Assembly: GCA_965199855.1 (NCBI GenBank)
Contig: OZ241326.1
Span: 1,792,001-1,856,000 of the forward strand
DNA from: a bacterium
GTDB lineage: Bacteria; UBA8248
Reading direction: 5' to 3'
Length of the DNA stretch: 64,000 bases
In this document: one piece after another, positions 10,699 through 17,707 of the stretch
Numbering within the stretch: the first letter of the stretch is position 1
Layout: each line of letters opens with the position of its first letter
Made by a program: the position numbers and the translations under genes
The notes under the pieces: generated by a model
What the model saw: the letters and a program-made list of their open reading frames with translations, nothing else
Databases searched by the model: none
Told to the model about the DNA's origin: nothing

Positions 10699-12375
10699 AT
10701 GATTTTGAAGAATCGCGTATGCGCGATGATGTTCGTTGTTCTGGGCGCTATTCCGGCCTTCGCTTTGGCGAAATCGGCGGATATCGTCCTGTTGAACGGA
10801 AAAGTCCTGACGGTTGACGCGAATTTTTCCACGCGGGAGGCGGTGGCAGTTCGGGGCGAACGCATTTTGGCCGTGGGGAGCAGCGCCCGGATTCGCCGCC
10901 TGGCGGATTCCCGGACGGAAGCAATCGATTTGAAGGGAAAAACCCTCATGCCGGGCCTGATTGACAACCACGTTCACTTCATCCGCCATGCGCTGCGCTG
11001 GGAGCATGAGGCGAGAATCGACGGGGTTGCTTCGCGCGCGAAGGCGCTCGCCATCATTGCCGCCAAGGCGAAGTCGATGAAGCCCGGGGAATGGGTGCTC
11101 ATCCTCGGAGGATGGAGCCCCGACCAGTTTCGGGATAAGCCGGGCCTGTTCACGAAGGAGGAGCTGAACAGGGCGTCGCCGGACAATCCGGTATTCATTC
11201 AGCAGTCCTACAGGCTCATGATTCTGAACAGCCTGGCTTTGAAAAGAGCGGGCATCCATGCAAATTCAAAAGCTCCCGGAGGCTGGCGCGTAGCGAGGAG
11301 CGATTCCGGCGAGCCCACGGGCGTTGTTTTCGGCCGTCGGGCCATTTTTCACTTCTGGCGCCGAGAACTGCCGGAAATCACGGAAGACAAAATCATCTCC
11401 GGGCTGAAAAAGCTGATGGCGGCGTTCAACCGCGCGGGCGTTACGAGCCTGCTCGAACTCGGCGGCGGCGGGGTGCGGGATGAAACCTACGCGCTGATCA
11501 GGCGAAGACTGGCCGGGAAGGGCGGCCTCACGGTAAGGATATTTCACACCCCCCGCTTTCGGGTCCGCACTCCCGAGGGAAACAGGAGGGTCATGGAGCG
11601 GATTCGGAGCTCCCGTCCCGACAAATCCGCGAAAATGATGGGCGAAATCGCCCTCGGGGAGCATCTGTATGCCCCCATTCACGATTCGCCGTTCCGGCCG
11701 CCCCGCGCCTCGGACGAGGACTATGGCGAATTCGCAAAAGCGGCCGAGGCGGCCGCCGAAGGCGGATGGACGATTCACGAGCACGCCTTTCGGGATGAGA
11801 CGATCACGCGCTATCTCGACATATTCGAGAGAATCAACGAGAGAAGGGACGTCGCGCGGCTGCGCTGGGCGCTCCATCACGCGGATTTCATCTCGAAGCC
11901 GAACGTCGCCCGCGCCAGGGCGCTCGGCATGACCCTGGCGTTGCACAGCAAGATGACGATTCTGGGCTCCGCGCTCAGGCGGAGACTGGGCGAACGGGCG
12001 CTTTCCCTGCCTTCGCTGCGGACGGTTCAGAACAGCGGAATCGTCTGGGGGCTCGGCACGGACGCGGGCGTCGTGGCCCCGTATCCGCCCATGCTCTCCC
12101 TCTGGTGGGCCGTAACGGGCATGGGGCTGGACGGGAAAAGGGCGCTTTCGCAGGCCGAGACCGTTTCCAGAAAAGACGCTCTGATAGCCCATACGAGGTC
12201 GAACGCCTATCTGCTTTTCAAGGAAAGCGAGCTGGGCTCCGTTGAAGAGGGAAAACTGGCCGACCTCGTCGTCCTCGACCGCGACTACATGACGACGCCC
12301 GCGGAGAGCGTCAAGGACATCAAACCCCTGCTCACGATGGTCGGCGGACGGGTGGTGTTCCGCGAGGGCCTGTAG
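10699..12375 (+). CDS. Exported amidohydrolase (YtcJ-like, amidohydro_3)
   Basis: Signal peptide, PGLIDNHVH, GEPTG, GTDA, GSVEEGKLADLVVLD. Confidence 0.88.
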   Translation: MILKNRVCAMMFVVLGAIPAFALAKSADIVLLNGKVLTVDANFSTREAVAVRGERILAVGSSARIRRLADSRTEAIDLKGKTLMPGLIDNHVHFIRHALRWEHEARIDGVASRAKALAIIAAKAKSMKPGEWVLILGGWSPDQFRDKPGLFTKEELNRASPDNPVFIQQSYRLMILNSLALKRAGIHANSKAPGGWRVARSDSGEPTGVVFGRRAIFHFWRRELPEITEDKIISGLKKLMAAFNRAGVTSLLELGGGGVRDETYALIRRRLAGKGGLTVRIFHTPRFRVRTPEGNRRVMERIRSSRPDKSAKMMGEIALGEHLYAPIHDSPFRPPRASDEDYGEFAKAAEAAAEGGWTIHEHAFRDETITRYLDIFERINERRDVARLRWALHHADFISKPNVARARALGMTLALHSKMTILGSALRRRLGERALSLPSLRTVQNSGIVWGLGTDAGVVAPYPPMLSLWWAVTGMGLDGKRALSQAETVSRKDALIAHTRSNAYLLFKESELGSVEEGKLADLVVLDRDYMTTPAESVKDIKPLLTMVGGRVVFREGL

Positions 12376-12539
12376 AATCGCCCCGAGCTCCGCGCGCCTG
12401 AATTTCAGCGGGCTGGGCGCGCCGCCCGAAACCGGAAAATTCACTTTGACCGCAAGAATCGGATAGAAAGCCTCCCCGCGCCGCGCCTATATTGCGGAAG
12501 AACGGAGCAGGCGCCATGTCTTTTTCGGGAGGGCGGGAG

Positions 12540-13622
12540 ATGAGCGTGGACGCGAGATGGGAAGCGGTTCTGAGACGGGACGCGAGGGCGGACGGACGCT
12601 TCGTCTATGCCGTCCTCTCCACGGGGATTTATTGCCGTCCCTCGTGCGCGAGCAGGAAGCCCGCGAGAAAGAACGTCGTCCTGTTCGAGTTCCCGGAGAT
12701 GGCCGAGGCGCGGGGGTTCCGGCCCTGTCGGAGGTGCGCGCCGCAGGAGAGCGGATACGATCCCCGGCTCGACAAGGTGCGGCGCGCGATTCTCCGCATC
12801 GAGGAGCGCGCGGATGAGGACCCGACGCTCGCGGAGCTGGGGCGCGCCGTGGGGCTGAGTCCCCATCACCTCCAGCGAACCTTCAAGAAGGCGCTGGGCG
12901 TGAGCCCCCGCCAGTATCTCGAATCGCTCAAGATGCGGAAATACAAGGACTTGCTCAAGAACGGGCGGAGACCCGCCGACGCCTGCTACGAGGCGGGCTA
13001 CGGCTCGAGCAGACGCGCCTACGAGCGCGCGGCCGACCGCATGGGCATGACGCCGGCGACCTATCGGAAGGGCGGGGCGGGCGTTTCGATTCGCTACGGA
13101 ATCACGCGGTGCCGGCTGGGTCGGGCGCTGGTGGCGGCGACCGAAAAGGGGGTGTGCCGCGTGAGCGTGGGCGACGCGAACGAGGAGCTCATCCGCGATC
13201 TGAAAAACGAGTTTCCCCGCGCGAATCTGCGGCGAGGCGATGAAGAGTTAAAGGAATACCTGAAGGCTGTCAGGGACGCCGCCCGGGGCGAGGCGCCGCC
13301 CGAATCCCTGCCGATTGACGCGCGCGCCACCGCCTTCCAGCGCCGCGTATGGGATCGGCTCAGGACCATTCCCCTCGGCGATACAATGACTTACAAGGAG
13401 ATCGCCGCCGACCTGGGCCTGCCGAAAGGCGCGCGGGCGGTGGGGCGGGCGTGCGCCCTGAACCCGACGGCCCTGCTCGTTCCCTGCCATCGGGCGGTTC
13501 GGGAGGACGGCGGGCTGGCGGGCTACCGCTGGGGCGTGGAGCGCAAACGGAAGCTTCTGGGTATCGAGAGGAAAATCCATAAAAATCAATCTGTTGTGAT
13601 TGATAATCAAGAATCCGATTGA
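12540..13622 (+). CDS. ada: Bifunctional DNA-binding regulator / O6-methylguanine-DNA methyltransferase Ada
   Basis: TGIYCRPSC..RPCRRC Zn site, AraC HTH, C-terminal VPCHR active site. Confidence 0.95.
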   Translation: MSVDARWEAVLRRDARADGRFVYAVLSTGIYCRPSCASRKPARKNVVLFEFPEMAEARGFRPCRRCAPQESGYDPRLDKVRRAILRIEERADEDPTLAELGRAVGLSPHHLQRTFKKALGVSPRQYLESLKMRKYKDLLKNGRRPADACYEAGYGSSRRAYERAADRMGMTPATYRKGGAGVSIRYGITRCRLGRALVAATEKGVCRVSVGDANEELIRDLKNEFPRANLRRGDEELKEYLKAVRDAARGEAPPESLPIDARATAFQRRVWDRLRTIPLGDTMTYKEIAADLGLPKGARAVGRACALNPTALLVPCHRAVREDGGLAGYRWGVERKRKLLGIERKIHKNQSVVIDNQESD

Positions 13623-13715
13623 AGCGCGGAAATCCTCTCGGCCCGGCGTTTCCGGCGCGCCTGACGCGAGGCGGACGAACGACATGGCCGCCTCCGCCCC
13701 GCCCGAAGCGTTCGG

Positions 13716-13799
13716 GAATTTGTCGAAAAAGGTCGTGAATTTGTCGGATAAAGCCGTGAATTTGTCTGAAATGGCCTGGAATTTGTCTGAAAACCGGAA
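13716..13799. repeat. Four tandem 21-bp units with invariant GAATTTGTC core
   Basis: GAATTTGTC starts at 13716, 13737, 13758, 13779. Confidence 0.9.
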
Positions 13800-13948
13800 G
13801 GCCCGCCGCTCGCCCCGGCGCGATGGGAATATAGGGCGTCTCCCTCCCGAAAGCAAGGGTTTTTTGAAAAAATTTCGCCCGCCGGTCTCATGCGAAAAAT
13901 TCTCGCGGGGCGGGTTCGCGCCGGAACCCGCGAGAGACGCATCACATC

Positions 13949-14133
13949 GTAGGGACAAAACCCCGCGCCTGTCCTCCGTTGTCTTTTGCCGGCCCTTCCG
14001 GGGAGGGGTTTCGCAGGGACGGTTCGGGAACCGCCCGACCCCGGCCGCCCGCGCGGGAACGGGGCGGGGGGACAGGTCGCGATCTGTCCCTACTATGTCG
14101 CGATCTGTCCCTACTATGAGATTCACCCCCTAC
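13949..14133. repeat. REP cluster (GTAG/GCAG-type) at left edge
   Basis: + strand GTAGGGACA..TGTCCT (13949) and GCAGGGACGGTTCGGGAACCGCCC (14013); - strand GTAGGGACAGATCGCGACCTGTCCC (14093), truncated copy (14114), GTAGGGGGTGAATCTC (14133). Confidence 0.85.
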
Positions 14134-15509
14134 GCCGTCTCTCCCGTCTCCTTCGCCAGCCATTCGCGCGCGGCCTCCTCGTTCTCCTCGATGGCGATTT
14201 CCACCGCGCGCTTCGCGCGTTCGAGCAGGCGCCCGGATTCCGCCCGCAGGCGGAAGGATTCGACCGCCATCCGCCGGATTTCCGCCTGGGTCTCCCGGGG
14301 GAGAATGGGGAGGACAATCTTGGCGAGTTCGTCCTTGCCGATTGCGGTGAGAATGGTGCCCCGGCATCCCTTCTCGAGCTGCATCTGGCCCGCCGCGCTT
14401 TTCAACAGGACGAGCAGGGTTTCCGGGTTGATCGCCTCCGAGCGGACGACGTGAAAACCCGTGGAGCAAAGCCCCTTGTCGTATTCGTCATGTATCAAGG
14501 CGACGCTCTCAAGCGAACCCTCTATGGAGGAGACGATCACGTCTCCGGCGGAAACCTGGCGTCTCGCTCTCGTCGGCAGGTCTCGGCCCTTCTCCGCCGT
14601 GCAGCCGGTTATCTCTCCGTTGGCTCCGATGTCGGCGAGTTCGATGTATTTGTATTCCCGTCCGGCTTCGGGCTGGTAATTCCGCGCTTTGAGATTCGCC
14701 AGATTCCCCAGCGCGTCCCACCCGCCGGGGCAGGCTTTGACGGCGTTGATGATCTCGTCGTATTTCGGCTGGAAGTAATCCGCGTCGAAGCGCTCCGCCT
14801 CCCTGACCTCGGCGTAGTCCCTGACGAACCAGAGCCGATCCTCGGGCATCCAGCCGGCGAGACCGAGAGAGGAGAGGAGGAGGCTTTCGGCGCGGGAGTA
14901 GGCGTTTTGGGCGTCATCCATTCGGGAAATGGAATTTCTGACGCTTTCGGCGATTTGCGCTCCAAACCGCGGGCCTGGAACCAGCAGGGGAATATCCAGG
15001 ACGTCCCTGTTTGAAACGGCTGGATACATGCTCGCCTTGTCCGCTCTCATCAAGCAGGTGACAAAGTAGTCGGTCTTGCAGAAAGCCAGGAGATATTCGG
15101 CGGCTATATCGGGGGTTGCTCTCAAAACCGACAGGCCGCTGCTGCCCACGATTCCATCGTCTCTGATGAGCGCGACCGCGTTTCTGTTCGGTCGAACAGT
15201 GGAAACGGCAACGTCGTTTTTCTTCAGGATATGGTGGGCGCGGTCGGGTTCCTCGCCGACTTCGACCCTTGTCGTTCCGTATTCGCAGTTGCTCAGGGAA
15301 ATTCCGGAGATTTCCAGATACTTGAAGCCTCTGCCCAGGGGAGATGACTTGATGTTGGAAACGTCTCGCCTTGTAAGGTCCCGGATTTTGGGGTTGTCGC
15401 GGGAAACGAGCCTGCTGTTTTCAATAAAATCCGGGCGCCAGTATTCCGCGTCGATTCTAGCGTCTGGAGAATTGCGGACTTCCGAGAATTGAACGATCGA
15501 ATACCGCAT
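14130..15509 (-). CDS. hsdS: Restriction-modification specificity (S) subunit, two TRDs
   Basis: Two repeated TRD blocks (RIDAEYW / RFDADYF; PDRA..NDVAVSTVRP / PTRA..GDVIVSSIEG) each followed by a helical spacer. Confidence 0.88.
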   Translation of the reverse strand: MRYSIVQFSEVRNSPDARIDAEYWRPDFIENSRLVSRDNPKIRDLTRRDVSNIKSSPLGRGFKYLEISGISLSNCEYGTTRVEVGEEPDRAHHILKKNDVAVSTVRPNRNAVALIRDDGIVGSSGLSVLRATPDIAAEYLLAFCKTDYFVTCLMRADKASMYPAVSNRDVLDIPLLVPGPRFGAQIAESVRNSISRMDDAQNAYSRAESLLLSSLGLAGWMPEDRLWFVRDYAEVREAERFDADYFQPKYDEIINAVKACPGGWDALGNLANLKARNYQPEAGREYKYIELADIGANGEITGCTAEKGRDLPTRARRQVSAGDVIVSSIEGSLESVALIHDEYDKGLCSTGFHVVRSEAINPETLLVLLKSAAGQMQLEKGCRGTILTAIGKDELAKIVLPILPRETQAEIRRMAVESFRLRAESGRLLERAKRAVEIAIEENEEAAREWLAKETGETA

Positions 15510-15544
15510 GCTCGTTATCTTTGTGATGCTCGTTTTGGGGGAAG

Positions 15545-16606
15545 TTATTCCGTGCTTTCATCTTCTTCTGGAGGATTCAGCAAACCCAACTTGAATCCCT
15601 TTTTTTGCGCCAGGAACAGTTGCTTGTTTAAGTCGTCAATGGCTTTTTTCCGCTTAAACCTTTCGAGCTCTTCCTTTTTGCGTTTTTGGGTTTCAGCATC
15701 ATCCTCGTCCGATGCCTCTTCCGGCTCTTCTATCTCGGGGGTTTTGATTTCCGCCTGAACTCCGTTTTCGAGATGCTTTGTAAGTTCGCCAATCAATTTC
15801 TTTAGTCTGGTTTTGCCTTCATCGGTATTGACGGGTAATTTTTCTAATAGTTCACCAAGCATTTCTTCTTTCTGTTCCTTCAGCTCTTCGTCTATATTTT
15901 TATCCATTTCTTCTTTGCGGCTCTTTTTGAAATTCCCATACCGATCTTTGACGTTCTCAAATATTTGCGTCACTGCATACATTCGGAGAAGGTGATCGAT
16001 AACATTGCCTAACTGCTCTGCAAGTAATGGCACGACCTCAATAAATATATCCATTGAGCCATTATTCACGGAGACAATTCTGGGAGGGCTTGCATTCTGA
16101 TCTTTGGAATTCAGCTCTTGAAGAAGAGTTTTTATATCTTTAAGGAAATTCTCCAGCTCATTCAAATCTTGATACTTCCCTGGGAGGGACAAGACAAATT
16201 GATATATTTCTTTGGTTTGTTCTTCTTTTACTTTTAGTTGTTGGAGCAATGCCTGCAGGTTTCGTATTTTTTCAACCAATCTCTCCCGTGTAGCGACAAA
16301 TTCACCAAGTTGATTTGGAACGGCAAAGCCGGTGGATTCAAGTATCTTGCTCAAGGTTTCTATTGATTCCAGATCAAAATAGCCTCGTATGCCGATTCCT
16401 CCTAGCATACGAAGATCGCTGTTGACGAAATTGCTTATTTCAGAATGTTCGATAGCTTGAGATATTGTTTCTTGTGCGACTTTTAAGGAATCAGGATCAT
16501 TTGACGCATAAAACGATGTTATTTCATTAAAATGACGTTGTAGATCATGCCTGTTCTCAATGCGAAGAATAAGGTTTATCTTGTGCAGTATTTTTCGGAC
16601 GTCCAT
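15545..16606 (-). CDS. Hypothetical helical protein, low GC (candidate RM-embedded cargo)
   Basis: 353-aa ORF, GGAGG RBS before ATG 16606; sampled 60-nt lines 33-38% GC. Confidence 0.85.
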   Translation of the reverse strand: MDVRKILHKINLILRIENRHDLQRHFNEITSFYASNDPDSLKVAQETISQAIEHSEISNFVNSDLRMLGGIGIRGYFDLESIETLSKILESTGFAVPNQLGEFVATRERLVEKIRNLQALLQQLKVKEEQTKEIYQFVLSLPGKYQDLNELENFLKDIKTLLQELNSKDQNASPPRIVSVNNGSMDIFIEVVPLLAEQLGNVIDHLLRMYAVTQIFENVKDRYGNFKKSRKEEMDKNIDEELKEQKEEMLGELLEKLPVNTDEGKTRLKKLIGELTKHLENGVQAEIKTPEIEEPEEASDEDDAETQKRKKEELERFKRKKAIDDLNKQLFLAQKKGFKLGLLNPPEEDESTE

Positions 16607-16645
16607 TTTGTTCACCCTCCCCAAATCTCAAATTTCACTCTTCAT

Positions 16646-17398
16646 TCAATAAACGAATTGAACAATCAGGGCAACCTGTTCGCCCGTTCGCCTTCTTACC
16701 CCCAGAAGCTCAAGCCCTCGCTCTTCGCCCACCCGATGAATCCCTCGGCGATGCCGTCCGGCAATTCGCCGTCGTGGTTGTGCAGGTCGTGCTCGACGAT
16801 GAGGTGCCCGTTCCTGTCGAGCTTCTCCCGCCCGCGCTGGGTTGTCCCTGCGCCCTCCTTGTCGCGCGCCTCGCCCCTCCGTCCGGTTCGCGGGGTTGTG
16901 CGCGTCCGATGTCCATTTCAACGGGTTGCTCCGGACGTATTCGCGGATGCCGCTCATGTCCGCCTCGTCCCGGATGACGCGATCGTGGAAGGAGCGTTGC
17001 CATGGTTTCGTTCCGGGCATGTCCCGATATATGTTGATTCGTTTGGTAGATACCGTTTTGAACGCTCCGATTAAACGGCCCAACGGTTTCGTAGGGGCGG
17101 TTCGCGAACCGCCCCTACGGATATTACCGCCCGCCCGGGCGTCGTGAATGATCAAAACGCCATGCAAATGATTCGGCATGAGCGCCCATTCGTCGAGCTC
17201 CACATAATCGTATTGCCTGCCGAGCCATTCCCATGATTCGGCGACGATGCGCCCCTCTTCGTTCATGTTCATTTCGCCACCCACGATATCGCCGAACCGG
17301 TTTATCCTGCCCTGCGCGCAAATCGTCACGAAATATCCCCCGGCCCGGGAATAATCATGCGCTTTCAGTCTGTTCGCCCTGCGGTTTCTCGTTTCCAA
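16646..17398 (-). CDS. REP-associated tyrosine transposase (RAYT/TnpA-REP, Y1 HUH family)
   Basis: RLKAHDYS..YFVTIC, MPNHLHG (HUH), WQRSFHDRVIR..YVRSNP (catalytic Tyr). Confidence 0.93.
   Translation of the reverse strand: METRNRRANRLKAHDYSRAGGYFVTICAQGRINRFGDIVGGEMNMNEEGRIVAESWEWLGRQYDYVELDEWALMPNHLHGVLIIHDARAGGNIRRGGSRTAPTKPLGRLIGAFKTVSTKRINIYRDMPGTKPWQRSFHDRVIRDEADMSGIREYVRSNPLKWTSDAHNPANRTEGRGARQGGRRDNPARAGEARQERAPHRRARPAQPRRRIAGRHRRGIHRVGEERGLELLGVRRRTGEQVALIVQFVY
16696..16835 (-). pseudogene. Duplicated 3' fragment of the RM methyltransferase gene
   Basis: 16702-16835 matches 17713-17846 at 129/134 nt; encodes GREKLDRNGHLIVEHDLHNHDGELPDGIAEGFIGWAKSEGLSFWG*. Confidence 0.92.
17091..17118. 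repeat. Perfect 28-bp palindromic REP inside the RAYT coding sequence
   Basis: GTAGGGGCGGTTCGCGAACCGCCCCTAC is its own reverse complement; identical copy at 17680-17707. Confidence 0.95.
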
Positions 17399-17495
17399 AG
17401 CCTCGGCCCCTCGCCCGCTCGACAGACGCGCCGCCTGATTCCGTCAGTGCTTTGGTTGCCTTCGCCTCCGTGATTCTCCGTTTCCCGATGAGGCC

Positions 17496-17707
17496 GCAGG
17501 GAGAGGCCTCCCGCGCCCGTCCTTCCCGCAAACGGACAACCACAGGGGGCGTCCCTGCAAAACCCGCCCACGGGGCGTTGCCCCTGTGGTTTCATCTTCC
17601 GCCGCCTCCGCCTTCGTAGGGACGACCCCCTGTGGTCGTCCTCCGTTGTCTTTCGCCGGCCCTTCCGGGGAGGGGTTTCGTAGGGGCGGTTCGCGAACCG
17701 CCCCTAC
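17496..17707. repeat. REP cluster between RAYT and methyltransferase
   Basis: GCAG REP 17496(+), GCAGGGACGCCCCCTGTGGTTGTCC 17558(-), GTAGGGACGACCCCCTGTGGTCGTCC 17616(+), palindrome 17680-17707. Confidence 0.88.

Noticed and set aside
13600-13610. TTGAT-A-ATCAA as an FNR box
   Set aside because: Spacer is 1 bp instead of 4
13716-14133. Possible CRISPR array
   Set aside because: Repeat cores are 9 bp with a 21-bp period or are heterogeneous REPs; no unique 30-40 bp spacers and no cas genes
13248-14454. ORFs 13600-14454 (+) and 13248-14126 (-)
   Set aside because: They run through REP and repeat DNA, overlap ada or the S gene, and have no recognisable domain
16646-17398. Ordinary IS200/IS605 element
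   Set aside because: No tnpB; RAYT-type motifs and GTAG REPs rather than IS200 ends
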